A stretch of DNA of 64,000 bases from an uncultured cyanobacterium (GCA_963793265.1 CAWBZI010000002.1:704001-768000); one strand, 5' to 3'; counted from the first letter of the stretch, positions 19,501-29,105 are shown. Translations and numbers: made by a program. The notes: generated by a model not told the origin, from the sequence alone.

Positions 19501-22034
19501 ATAGTCCTTTCTCTGCCTCTTTATACACCTGGTATGGTGTAATCCTGTGCGGCCAGGTAGCGTCTACTCAGCAGGGCTATCGGATGGGCGAGCTAGCGCT
19601 AATGCTGCTAGAGAAAATGCCTGCTGAAGACATTCAAACGCGGGTGATTGCAATTGTTCATTTTTTGGTGCGCCCGTGGAAAACGCATCTTAGAGAATCA
19701 CTGCGGCCATTAGCTGAAAACTATCAGCGCGGGCTCGATAGTGGCGATAGCGAATATGCGGCATGGTCGCTTTGTAACTACTGCTATCATGCCTACCTAT
19801 CGGGCGTTGGCCTGAAGCGTCTGAATGACGAGATTTTGCGCGATCTCAATCGAATTAGCGCCCTACAACAAAACGCCGCGCTTAGCTATATCAGTCTTCA
19901 TCAGCAAGTCGTACTCAATTTGCTAGGCCAAAACTCAGATCCCACCGTTTTAGAAGGTCAGGCATTTAGTGAAACAGCTACGCTTCCTATACAGCTAGCG
20001 GGCAACGACATGACCGGGCTCTCGTTTCTATATATCAATAAAGGAATACTCGCTTACCTATTTGGCCAGGCTGATAAAGCGCTAGTTAGCTTTGAAACTG
20101 CGCTGAAATACGTACCCGGCATTAGCAGCGCCCAGTGGCTACCAACCCTGTTCTTTTACAATTCTCTAACCTGCTTGGCGCTACCTGATAGCGATCGCCT
20201 TTCACAGGTCGCCCTCAATCAACAAAAGCTAAAGGAATGGGCTAAGCTAGCACCTGCCAATCAGCTTCACCGCTGGCATTTGGTAGAAGCGGAGCGGTGT
20301 AGAGTCAGCAGTGATAAGGCTAACGCCATTGACCATTACGACCAGGCGATCGCACTGGCCCAAGCCAATAAGTTTGTTCAAGAAGAGGCGATCGCCCACG
20401 AACTCGCCGCCCAGTTTTATCTACTCTGGGGCAAAGGTCGAGTCGCCCAAAGCTACCTGATCGACGCCTACTACGCCTACAGCCGATGGGGGGCCGCCGC
20501 CAAAGTTGCAGACCTAGAGCGGCGCTATCCTAAGCTACTCGAAGCCACCTTACAAAAGAAACAACAGCAGCTATCTTCTACAGACACCATCTTGGCCTAC
20601 GCCAGCGCTCAAACCACCAGCACCACCAGCAACGCTAGCATTACCTCGGGCGTTATCGATATCACGACGCTACTGCACACCTCGCAGGTACTCTCTAGCG
20701 AAATTGAGATTGAAAAGCTGCTAACAGCCTTATTAGAGGCCGTCCTTAAAAACGCAGGCGCAGATAAGTGCGCGCTACTCATGCCTGAAGATCGCGCGGC
20801 TCAGGAACCGCAGTGGATCATAGAAGCTTTCTCAGAACTTGGTCAGCCGCCTATTATTTTAGAATCTATCACTATCGAACCGGGCAAGCAGCTACCGGTC
20901 ACGCTAATCAATCAGGTTCGGCACGCTCACAAACCAGTTATTGTCTTCAATGCGACGGTTCATCCAGTCCTGGCCGCCGACCCATACGTTTTGCAGCGCC
21001 AGCCTAAAAGCATCTTGTGTATGCCTATTCTTAATCAGGGCAAGCTCATCGCTATTTTGTATTTGGAGAACAACATCACGATTGGCGCATTTACCGATCG
21101 CCGCGTAGAAGTCCTGAACTTAATTTGCACTCAGGCCGCGATTTCTCTAGAGAATGCAAGACTTTATCAGCAGGCACAGCAAGCGCTCGCAGAGCTACAA
21201 ACCTCTCATATGCAGCTTGTACAAAGCGAAAAAATGTCTGCGCTTGGAAACTTAGTCGCAGGCGTCGCTCACGAGATCAATAATCCTGTTAATTTCTTAA
21301 AAGGCAACCTTAAACCCGCCCTTAACTATGTAGAAGATATTTTAGGCATTTTAGATTTGGTCATAGAAAACGAGCCGAGAACAGTCATCTTAGAAGAGAT
21401 CCAAGAGATCGATTTTGACTTTGTAAAAGAGGATTTGCCGAGTCTGCTTGGTTCCATGCGGTGCGGCATTAGTCGCATCCAGGGAATTAGCAACAGTTTG
21501 CGCACTTTCTCACGCGCTGACAACGACCAGAAAACAGCATTTAATCTGCATGAGGGTCTAGATAGTACGCTGCTAATTTTGAAGCATCGGCTGCTCTCAA
21601 GCGACACGCGTCCCCCGATTAAAGTGATTAAAAACTATGCCACGCTGCCTGATGTGTGCTGTTTTGCGGGGCAGCTTAATCAGGTGTTTATGAACCTGAT
21701 TGCAAATGCAATTGAGGCGATCGCAGAAGAGAGCGAGCGATGGACTATTGCTGAACTTAAAACGAACGTCAGCGCCATCACGATTACGACTGAGCAGGAA
21801 CCTGAGTGGGTTAGGGTTGCGATCGCTGACACCGGCCCCGGCATGAGCCCTGAGGTCAGAGCCAAAGTATTCGATCACCTTTTCACCACTAAGCCTGTCG
21901 GCAAAGGCACCGGCCTTGGTCTGGCCATCTCCCACGCCATCATCGTCGAAAAGCACGGCGGCACGCTCACCGTAAACTCCGAACCCGGCCAGGGCACAGA
22001 ATTTGTGATTACGCTACCGACAAAAGCGCCTTGA
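16593..22034 (+). CDS. Hybrid Ser/Thr kinase-AAA ATPase-GAF-histidine kinase
   Basis: HKDIKPANI/DFS, GASGMGKT, FLDDLQWAD, GAF region, HEINNP H-box, GKGTGLGL. Confidence 0.95.
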   Translation: MDAIAQPKGYRLSEKLYEGSRTLVYRGLRERDQQPVVIKFVNDAFPSYSELIKFSSQYSIVKDLDLPELVHSLALIPHGNASALVMEDFGGIDLNHFLDQESQQGHLDRKLGNSRAGLILFFQIAIQVTEALAGINRARIIHKDIKPANILIHPHSLQVKLIDFSIASTLPREIQEIQNPNVLEGTLAYLSPEQTGRMNRGIDYRSDFYSLGVTCYELLTGQLPFVSQDPMEIVHGHLAKRPVSPYELSGEAMPKIVSDLVLKLMAKNAEDRYQSAFGLKHDLERCLYELKETDHIEPFRLGQKDASDRFLLSEKLYGRQTEVSHLLAAFDRASQGNTELMLIAGASGMGKTAVVGEVHKPIVQQRGYFIQGKYDQLERSVPLSAFIQAFSELVKRLLSESDAQIHQWQQQITQALGEDVRALVDIIPDLANIVGPCCQSVIEENAPSPSVQERAVAENRLNCLIQKFVEIFTRSQHPLVIFLDDLQWADTASLELLQLLMKDDGHLLIIGAYRDNEVSSSHPLITSLESIRTARIRATRKPNINLLTLSQLNEIDLTHLVADTLFSSQELAVPLAELIYQRTGGNPFFARQLLVALQAENQICFNPNARHWQYDLSQIKAALPTDSILELMSLRLKKLPIATQTTLQLAACIGAQFDLATLATAAEQPSTTVATNLWLALQEELVVPIDNGYRAFTLQDTAVIATVNPTYRFFHDRIQQAAYGLMEPTKQAQTHRSIGHRLLQQSDSRRELDKQLFDIVNHLNQGIELIETEEERDRLITLNLSAGRKAKTTYAYSAALSYIKTGIERLSPRHRWQTDCALALYNEAAEVAYLIGDLVAMQAYIDKILQQDIPLLDKVRAHEIHLQATISQNYFLQSVDTTLDLLDQLGETIPHAPQPDEIQQCLQITAQRIRKHSLDTLVDLPAMEDSQSLVIVRLLNKAISAAYIAKPEVLPLLVCAGINRCLQFGNSPFSASLYTWYGVILCGQVASTQQGYRMGELALMLLEKMPAEDIQTRVIAIVHFLVRPWKTHLRESLRPLAENYQRGLDSGDSEYAAWSLCNYCYHAYLSGVGLKRLNDEILRDLNRISALQQNAALSYISLHQQVVLNLLGQNSDPTVLEGQAFSETATLPIQLAGNDMTGLSFLYINKGILAYLFGQADKALVSFETALKYVPGISSAQWLPTLFFYNSLTCLALPDSDRLSQVALNQQKLKEWAKLAPANQLHRWHLVEAERCRVSSDKANAIDHYDQAIALAQANKFVQEEAIAHELAAQFYLLWGKGRVAQSYLIDAYYAYSRWGAAAKVADLERRYPKLLEATLQKKQQQLSSTDTILAYASAQTTSTTSNASITSGVIDITTLLHTSQVLSSEIEIEKLLTALLEAVLKNAGADKCALLMPEDRAAQEPQWIIEAFSELGQPPIILESITIEPGKQLPVTLINQVRHAHKPVIVFNATVHPVLAADPYVLQRQPKSILCMPILNQGKLIAILYLENNITIGAFTDRRVEVLNLICTQAAISLENARLYQQAQQALAELQTSHMQLVQSEKMSALGNLVAGVAHEINNPVNFLKGNLKPALNYVEDILGILDLVIENEPRTVILEEIQEIDFDFVKEDLPSLLGSMRCGISRIQGISNSLRTFSRADNDQKTAFNLHEGLDSTLLILKHRLLSSDTRPPIKVIKNYATLPDVCCFAGQLNQVFMNLIANAIEAIAEESERWTIAELKTNVSAITITTEQEPEWVRVAIADTGPGMSPEVRAKVFDHLFTTKPVGKGTGLGLAISHAIIVEKHGGTLTVNSEPGQGTEFVITLPTKAP

Positions 22035-22110
22035 ATCAGGCCACAAAAAAGCACACGCAATAGAACGCTGCTCTACCGCATGTGCTTTCAAAAACAGGAT
22101 TAAAGGCTGC

Positions 22111-22386
22111 TTAGCCGCCTGCGACTGCCGGAACGATGCTCACTTCGTCGCCATCACTCAGCGCAGTCTCTTTGTTATTCAAAAAGCGGATATCTTCACT
22201 GTTCACGTAGAAATTAACGAAGCGACGAAGCTCACCGCTGTCATCACACAGACGCTTTTTAATCCCTGGAAACTTATTTTCCAGCGTATTCATTAGCTCA
22301 ACAATGTTGCCGCCATCGCATTCAACGGTAGCTTGATCATTGGTGAACTTTTGCAGAGGGGTTGGAATGAGAACCTTGACGGCCAT
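22111..22386 (-). CDS. MoaD/ThiS/CysO-family sulfur carrier protein
   Basis: VLIPTPL start, [15 protein letters not shown]-terminal VPAVAGG. Confidence 0.93.
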   Translation of the reverse strand: MAVKVLIPTPLQKFTNDQATVECDGGNIVELMNTLENKFPGIKKRLCDDSGELRRFVNFYVNSEDIRFLNNKETALSDGDEVSIVPAVAGG

Positions 22387-22437
22387 GTTTTTGAAATGCC
22401 TAAACTAGAAAACAGAAATTAGAAAGTAAGAGAAGCG

Positions 22438-23755
22438 CTAAACCTGGGTTTGCTGCCATTCCAAACGATTTAGCGTGTTAGCCCGCTCCCACGCCCGCTC
22501 AAAGCTATCCAGCTTAGGCTCAATCGTTAGCGGCTCGCCAATATAGCCCTGTACAGACTCAGTTGTCTTCAGACCGTTGCCCGTAATAAAGGCAACTGTT
22601 GTTTCTTCAGGGTCAATCTTACCAGCTTCTACCAGCTTCTTAAGCACGGCAATGGTCGTACCGCCTGCCGTCTCGGTAAAGATGCCTTCAGTCTCAGCAA
22701 GCAGCTTCATGCCTGCAATAATTTCAGCATCGGTCACGTCTTCAATGTTGCCGTTGGTCTTGCGAGCAACTTCTAGGGCATACATACCGTCTGCGGGATT
22801 GCCAATTGCAATTGACTTAGCAATGGTGTTGGGCTTTACAGGGGTGATAAAGTCACGGCCTTCTTTGAATGCCTGAGAAATGGGAGAGCAACCCTCAGCC
22901 TGCGCACCGCTAAAGCGAACGGCTTTCTCTTCGACCAAGCCCACTTTCACAAACTCGTTAAAGCCTTTGTGGATTTTGGTGAACAAAGAGCCTGAGGCGC
23001 AAGGTGCAACAACGTGATCGGGAAGCTGCCAGCCAAGCTGCTCAGCTACTTCAAAGCCAAGCGTTTTAGAGCCCTCAGAGTAGTAAGGGCGCAAGTTAAT
23101 ATTTACAAAGCCCCAGCCGTGAGTGTTCGCAACTTCAGAGCACAGGCGGTTTACCTGGTCGTAGTTGCCCTTTACAGCCATCAGAGTAGGGTCGTAGATG
23201 AGGGTGCCGAGAATTTTACCGGCTTCTAGATCGGCAGGAATGAACACGCAGCATTCGAGGCCCGCGTGAGCTGCGATCGCGGCCGTAGAGTTCGCCAGAT
23301 TACCGGTACTTGCACAAGAAACGGTCGAGAAACCCAGTTCCTTTGCGCGCGTGAGGGCGACTGAAACCACTCTGTCTTTAAAGCTTAGCGTCGGCATGTT
23401 TACCGCGTCGTTCTTAATGTAGAGATTTTTAAGACCGAGCTGGCGAGCCAAGCGGTTAGCCTTTACCAAAGGCGTCATGCCCGTACCGACATCGATAGGC
23501 GTATCTGTTTCAACCGGCAAAAATGCCTTGTAGCGCCAAATAGAATGACGGACCAGCCTCAATCGTTTCACGAGAGACTTGATTGCGAATGGCGTCGTAG
23601 TCATAAGCGACTTCTAGCGGGCCGAAGCATACATCTTCGCAAACGTGCTTAGCACCGAGGCCGTACTGCTCGCCGCATTCCTTACACTGAAGGGCCGTGA
23701 ACGTCTTTTGTAGCGCTGAAGATGACGTGACGAGTCTATCGATAGCTTGAGTCAT
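22438..23755 (-). pseudogene. thrC: Threonine synthase-like PLP enzyme interrupted by a 1-nt frameshift (or sequencing error)
   Basis: N-terminal ORF 23510..23755 (CKEC..CEDVCFGPLEV..ETIEAGP) joins ORF 22438..23604 (HSIWRY, SFKDR, CASTGN) if one base at 23548/23549 is removed. Confidence 0.85.
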
Positions 23756-23917
23756 ATGTTTAAACCCCTATAAAGCCGGTAGAGAATGAAGCTGGTGGAT
23801 AAATAGATTGACAAAGAAGCACGGCAGCTAGTGGACACGCCTCTTAACAGTCCTATTTTTAGACCTACTTTCGTTGAAGTGAACAAATGCTAACACGCTA
23901 AATATCACGGAGCAATC

Positions 23918-23942
23918 ATACCCGACAAAAATAGTCGGGATT
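23918..23942. promoter_or_regulatory. Putative IscR/Rrf2-family operator
   Basis: ATACCCGACAAAAATAGTCGGGATT; CCCGAC-N7-GTCGGG palindrome upstream of the thrC-like/moaD pair. Confidence 0.6.
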
Positions 23943-24102
23943 AAGCAAGTGAGCATTTGTCAATCGCGAAACCTACTGATATCAAAGCGATTTATTACAA
24001 CGTTGTTTTGTCTTAATAGCGTAAAAGCCAGGCTTCAACTTGGCTCTGACAGACTATCAATGATTACCATTGATTTTATTTATGCCTGACATTTCTCAGC
24101 AA

Positions 24103-24537
24103 TCACGCTGATGGTTGCCGGGCGATCGCTTCTACATGAGCCCAATCTTTCGATCTAACCAGCCGCTTATTGACCTTTACTCTTTCTCGCTGGCCCCCTG
24201 GTTCATCCGCGCCCTCTATATATAAGCTGTCATTGTCTACGACGATATGGCTAAACGTAGCGAAGGGGTAGCGCTTTACGGATTTGCCGATGAGGTTATA
24301 GATAGTGATCCGATTAGGGGCGATCGCAAAATAAGGCCGCGTTAGATATAAAAACCCTACAGCTCCTAGAACTAGACTGACGAGAATAGAACTATTGAAC
24401 GATCCTTGCGTCGCTATCATCCACAGGCTCAGCAGCGTGGTGATGATGCCAACAAGTAAAAAGCTGCCGCCGAGCCACAGCGCATATCGAGCCTTGAAGT
24501 GTTCGGCTTCGGTCGGTAGCAAAGGAGTATGGGTCAT
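24103..24537 (-). CDS. Hypothetical membrane protein
   Basis: 144 aa with two TM helices; overlaps upstream kinase stop by 4 nt. Confidence 0.7.
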   Translation of the reverse strand: MTHTPLLPTEAEHFKARYALWLGGSFLLVGIITTLLSLWMIATQGSFNSSILVSLVLGAVGFLYLTRPYFAIAPNRITIYNLIGKSVKRYPFATFSHIVVDNDSLYIEGADEPGGQRERVKVNKRLVRSKDWAHVEAIARQPSA

Positions 24538-25301
24538 GCGTTTTTAGGAAAGGTGAGGCGTAGGCAGCTACGGTCTTCTGAGTCTGAAGTAGGGATGATA
24601 GAAAACGTCCCACCGATCAAAGGCACAGCCGTTTGAGCCGTCGCTAGAATTAGTCCCGTTGAAAGTTTAATGCTTTCAGCATCGGATACTTGTGCTGATG
24701 ACGCTTCTGGCAAATTGTCTACGGATTCAGAAATACTGTCTAGTTCAGATTGAAGAGAGTCGGCTGAGCGATCGCACTCAAGCACAACCGCAACAGACGC
24801 CTCAGTTTCTTCTACCTTCAACTGCATCGTCTTTGTATAAGTAACCGCGTCCTGAATTAGGCTAGCTAATATGTTTTTTAACCACTTTTCATCTGTAACA
24901 ACCTCTAATTCGTCAGTAGGAGAGGTCACCGTATAGCGGACGTTTTGATTAGAGGCTTGCAGCGAGGTAAGCATTTCTACTTCTGGCAACAAAAAGCTTA
25001 AATCAACAGCTTTTAGCTTAGGTGGCTCTCTACCTACGTCCAGCTTAGAAACCGCCGTGATTTGATCGAACAAAGCTAGCATCTTTAGCGCCGCTGCTTT
25101 AGATTGTTCGATAAACTCTTTCTCTTCTTCAGGGCCTTCGCACAAGTCTTCTAGAATTAACTGGTGAAGACTGACGATCGTGTTGACGGGCGATCGCAAC
25201 TCGTGAGACGTTCGGGCCAAAAAACCGCTCTTGAATCGCTCTAGGGCAAGCAGCCTTTGATAAGCCAACTGAAGATTTGAGCCCGTATCCGAAGTATCCA
25301 T
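24534..25301 (-). CDS. Sensor-less histidine kinase-like protein (HisKA, degenerate ATPase domain)
   Basis: FLARTSHELRSP H-box; G boxes not recognisable. Confidence 0.8.
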   Translation of the reverse strand: MDTSDTGSNLQLAYQRLLALERFKSGFLARTSHELRSPVNTIVSLHQLILEDLCEGPEEEKEFIEQSKAAALKMLALFDQITAVSKLDVGREPPKLKAVDLSFLLPEVEMLTSLQASNQNVRYTVTSPTDELEVVTDEKWLKNILASLIQDAVTYTKTMQLKVEETEASVAVVLECDRSADSLQSELDSISESVDNLPEASSAQVSDAESIKLSTGLILATAQTAVPLIGGTFSIIPTSDSEDRSCLRLTFPKNA

Positions 25302-25315
25302 TTTTATTAGGAACG

Positions 25316-25906
25316 CTACAGCTTAATTTTGCCTTGGCGTAACACCTGCCAGCCAAGTCCTGTCCATTTAACCACGGTAGAGGGTGTGCCGCTCTGGGAG
25401 ATATTCTGGGAGATATTTTCGTTAGTAGCTAGGGTTAGCGCGGTTGGAAAAGTGCGGGCGATGTCGACTGAAGAGATAAGGGGGGGCTGGCCTGATAGGT
25501 TGGCGCTGGTAGTGGCTAATGGGCCTGTGTAAGTGAGTAACGCTAGCGCAATTGGATGATTGGGGACGCGGATGCCGAGGGTGCCTGTGTTGAGGGGATT
25601 TAGGGTGCGGGGGGTGTGATCGCTCGCAGGCAGCACCAGCGTGAGCTGACCTGGCCAGTGTTGATCAGTGACCTGCTGCCAAACCGCCCGATCAGCATCA
25701 TTACCACTCACGTAAGGCAATAAATCCGCCAGCGTAGCGCCCATTAATATCAGCGGTTTCTCTGGCGGACGTTGCTTAGCCGCGTAGATCAGCTCAGCAT
25801 ATTCAGGCTTAGTAGCCAACGCTGGCACCGTATCGGTTGGAAAGCTGACCAGCGTAGGTTCAGCGGCTAGCCGATCGATCATCTGCTGTAGCGAAACACC
25901 AGTCAT
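25316..25906 (-). CDS. tsaC: L-threonylcarbamoyladenylate synthase (Sua5/TsaC)
   Basis: FPTDTV, KQRPPEKPL, WPGQLTLVL, GIRVP and TTSANLSG motifs. Confidence 0.92.
   Translation of the reverse strand: MTGVSLQQMIDRLAAEPTLVSFPTDTVPALATKPEYAELIYAAKQRPPEKPLILMGATLADLLPYVSGNDADRAVWQQVTDQHWPGQLTLVLPASDHTPRTLNPLNTGTLGIRVPNHPIALALLTYTGPLATTSANLSGQPPLISSVDIARTFPTALTLATNENISQNISQSGTPSTVVKWTGLGWQVLRQGKIKL
25393..25416. repeat. 12-bp tandem duplication inside tsaC
   Basis: TCTGGGAGATAT x2, encoding NISQNISQ. Confidence 0.85.
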
Positions 25907-25963
25907 AACTAAACACTACAGAAAATCCTTGAGCTACCGGCTGTAGTATATCAACTTATCCGG

Positions 25964-26665
25964 TCATGAAGCGGCTTCTAATAGCTCTGGCTGTTTAGCC
26001 AAACGTCCGTCTTCCATATACACAATGCGATCGGCAATATCTAAAATGCGGTTGTCGTGAGTAACAAGCAAAATAGTGCAGCCCTGCTTTTTCGCTAGGT
26101 CGTGCATAATATTCACCACGTCTCGGCCTGACTTTTTGTCGAGGGCGGCGGTGGGTTCGTCAGCTAAGACAATTTTGGGGCGACTGACCAGGGCGCGGGC
26201 GATCGCAACCCTTTGTTTTTGTCCGCCTGAGAGATCTGCTGGATAGTAGTTTGTGCGATCGCCCAGTCCCACCTGCTCCAACATCTCAGCCGCCCGCCGA
26301 TATCGCTCATCTCGAGAAAATATCCCCTTCACCTCCAAGCCCATCTGCACATTCTCAATTGCCGACAAACTGCCGTGCAAGTTGTGCGCCTGAAAAATAT
26401 AGCCATTATCTCTTCTCGCCTGTACTAGATCATTCTCAGAAGCCCCTGATATCTCGTGGCCTACCACCTGCAAGCTCCCTTCCTGAGCCGAACGCAGCCC
26501 ACCAATCAGGGTAAGCAACGTTGTTTTTCCAGAGCCCGATGGCCCAGTCATAATTACGATTTCGCCCGTTTCGATTTCCAGGTTTATGTCAAACAAAGCC
26601 TGCTTTCGCAGCCGTCCTGAGCCAAAGTAGTGATTGAGCTGATGAACAGAAATAGCAAAGGTCAT
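25964..26665 (-). CDS. devA: DevA-family ABC transporter ATP-binding protein
   Basis: LNHYFGSG, GPSGSGKTT, LSGGQKQR and VTHDNRI motifs. Confidence 0.92.
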   Translation of the reverse strand: MTFAISVHQLNHYFGSGRLRKQALFDINLEIETGEIVIMTGPSGSGKTTLLTLIGGLRSAQEGSLQVVGHEISGASENDLVQARRDNGYIFQAHNLHGSLSAIENVQMGLEVKGIFSRDERYRRAAEMLEQVGLGDRTNYYPADLSGGQKQRVAIARALVSRPKIVLADEPTAALDKKSGRDVVNIMHDLAKKQGCTILLVTHDNRILDIADRIVYMEDGRLAKQPELLEAAS

Positions 26666-26705
26666 AGGTTTAATAGAAAGAGGATTTCAATAAAAAGCGG
26701 CAGCG

Positions 26706-27902
26706 CTAGAAGACATCAGCAGGATCGGCAGCTTGAAGGCGACGTGTGGCGACCGCCCCTGAAGCACTACACATCACCAGCGTTAAGAAGAACACTAAAA
26801 CAGCGCGGCTAAACGGCATTGAAATGGCCAGCGCTGTCGCCGTTGCCGTCAGTTGATAAGCACCTATTGCCAGCAGCAGACTGGGGAAAAAGCCCAGCAC
26901 CGACAAAATCAGCGCCTCCTCAAAGACCACCGTCAACAGATAGCTGTTGCGATAGCCCATTGCCTTAAAGGTTGCGTACTCTGCCAAATGACTATTCACA
27001 TCTGTTGAAAGCACCTGATAAACAATCACCACGCCTATAATAAATCCCATTGTCGTGCCCAAGCCAAACACAAACCCGATCGGTGAATCACTCTTAATAT
27101 CGTTCAGCTCAAACTCGACGTATTCAGGCTGCGTAAACACCTGTACATCACTCGGTAGGTGTGCTTGCAAATCAGCCTTTACTCGCTCAATATCTGCGCC
27201 TTCCTCTAGTTGAATAAGCCCCATACTCACCACGCCCGCGTCCCGCTTAGGAAATAGTCTTAAAAAGTTTTGGTCACTGGTAATCAGCGCACCGTCGCTC
27301 GAAAAAGAGGCTCCTACAGAGAACAGTCCTGCGACGGTAACTGTTTGCAGCCCAATCTCTGAAGTTACAATCTGACCAGCTCTAACTTGCTCTACCACTT
27401 CTGCATAGTCTCCCCGCGAAGCCTGGTCGAATAAAACATAGACAGGCATCCGAATCTCATCTAAATGAGCATTCACCTCAGGCAAATCAAAAGCAGGACG
27501 AGTAGGATTTTGACCAATCAGCAACATCGCCTTCTTCTCACCTGTGGCCGGATTTTTCCACTCTTTAGTCGCTAAATGCAGCGCGTCAGTAGTATCAACA
27601 CCTGCTATGTCTTGGGCCTGATACAGCCGTCTGCGGGAGAACGTTTTGAGCTGGTCGAAGTTTTCGGCCTGACTGCTTAGAACAACTAAATCAGATTGAA
27701 CTTTTCGAGGGTATTGTGTGTTGGTTTTATACAGGGCGTCGGAGAAGCCGAGCTGCATAAATATGAGAATATCGGCGAAGGTAATACCTGCGATCGCTGT
27801 CAGCAGCCGCATTTTGTCGTGCTTTAGCTGTTTAAAGCCTAGAGGCGTACGATCCGTTAAAGATCTCAAAGTCTTTAATAAATTAGGCATGAGAACACTC
27901 AA
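26706..27902 (-). CDS. devC: DevC-family ABC transporter permease
   Basis: AGITFADILIFMQLGF, EYATFKAMGY, C-terminal ADPADVF; likely start ATG at 27890. Confidence 0.92.
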   Translation of the reverse strand: MSVLMPNLLKTLRSLTDRTPLGFKQLKHDKMRLLTAIAGITFADILIFMQLGFSDALYKTNTQYPRKVQSDLVVLSSQAENFDQLKTFSRRRLYQAQDIAGVDTTDALHLATKEWKNPATGEKKAMLLIGQNPTRPAFDLPEVNAHLDEIRMPVYVLFDQASRGDYAEVVEQVRAGQIVTSEIGLQTVTVAGLFSVGASFSSDGALITSDQNFLRLFPKRDAGVVSMGLIQLEEGADIERVKADLQAHLPSDVQVFTQPEYVEFELNDIKSDSPIGFVFGLGTTMGFIIGVVIVYQVLSTDVNSHLAEYATFKAMGYRNSYLLTVVFEEALILSVLGFFPSLLLAIGAYQLTATATALAISMPFSRAVLVFFLTLVMCSASGAVATRRLQAADPADVF

Positions 27903-27911
27903 AGTAAAGGA

Positions 27912-29105
27912 TTATTCACCTGTCTCAATTGTGGCGGTCACCTGTAAATTCGTCAGTCCAGCAACCCGCTCACTTGATGCCTCATCAAGCTGTACATAAA
28001 CTTCAACAACTTTGGCATCAATGTTCGCCGCTGGATCTTCGTTCACCACCTCCTGCCTTTCCACCTGCAAGCCGATTCTCTCCACCGCGCCTGAGAGCGG
28101 CTGATCTAACACAGGGGTTGTTACAATCACTGGCTGATTGGGCCTCACCTTGTCGATGCTGTCTTGATACACTTCAGCGACCACAATCATTTGTGAGGTT
28201 TGACCCAATGTCGCAATGCCCGTATCCGAAATCTTTTCGCCAGGGCGCGTATGCAGCTTCAATATTTGACCCGCAACGGGCGATCGCACCTCAGCCTGAG
28301 CCAAATTCACCCGCGCTTCAGCCACAGTAGCCTGCGCTGCTCGCACCTCGGCCTGCGCCAGCTCAACGTCTACTGGACGGACTTCGCCAATTTGATCAAG
28401 TCTTGATCTTGCCTGGCTCACTTGCTCTTGCCCCGTCGATTGAATCCGAGAAAGACCGGCTTGTGCCTCTTCGAGTCGCCGCTGGGCCGTGGTGTAGGTA
28501 AGCTGCCTGGTGTCTCGCTCAGAGGCAGAAATTGCCCCGCGTGTGTACAGCAAATCGTACCGCTGGTAGTCAGCTTCGGCGTTGGCAACTTCTGCCTGTA
28601 ACCGGGCAATTGTAGCCTGCTGCGCTGCAACGTCGCCTACCTGAGCGGCCTCTAAGCGAGAGATCTCTGCACGCTGGGCCTGTATCTCTCCAGACTTGGC
28701 TCCTGCCTGAACTTGAGCAAGTTTAGCTTGAGCAATGCGCACCTGTTCTTCAGCCGTTTGTAGCGTGGCCTGAAGGCGATCGCGATTATCTAAAACCGCA
28801 ACAATATCACCGGCTTCAATGCGATCGCCCACCTTTACCAGCAGCTCATCAATCCGACTCTCTTGAGTAGACGTAGGCGCAGTCAGACTAATCAGTTCGC
28901 CCTGCGGCTCCAGATTGCCAAGTGCTGTTACAGTCGCAGGCTCTACCACCCGGCTCAAGCTCTCTGCGGCTTGCTGAGCCTCCTCTATTTGCATTTGGCG
29001 CACTTGCCACACGCCCATGCCGAAAATCCCTAGAGCAGCAGCAGTAGCGATCGCTATCCAACGACGAGAGGTTCCCTGCTGATTCGATGCACCTAAAGAG
29101 TTCAT
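27912..29105 (-). CDS. devB: DevB-family membrane fusion protein
   Basis: VTALGNLEPQGE, coiled coil, VAEVYQ and GLTNLQV motifs. Confidence 0.92.
   Translation of the reverse strand: MNSLGASNQQGTSRRWIAIATAAALGIFGMGVWQVRQMQIEEAQQAAESLSRVVEPATVTALGNLEPQGELISLTAPTSTQESRIDELLVKVGDRIEAGDIVAVLDNRDRLQATLQTAEEQVRIAQAKLAQVQAGAKSGEIQAQRAEISRLEAAQVGDVAAQQATIARLQAEVANAEADYQRYDLLYTRGAISASERDTRQLTYTTAQRRLEEAQAGLSRIQSTGQEQVSQARSRLDQIGEVRPVDVELAQAEVRAAQATVAEARVNLAQAEVRSPVAGQILKLHTRPGEKISDTGIATLGQTSQMIVVAEVYQDSIDKVRPNQPVIVTTPVLDQPLSGAVERIGLQVERQEVVNEDPAANIDAKVVEVYVQLDEASSERVAGLTNLQVTATIETGE

Noticed and set aside
23539..23560. Programmed ribosomal frameshift in the thrC-like gene
   Set aside because: No slippery heptamer, homopolymer or stop at the shift site
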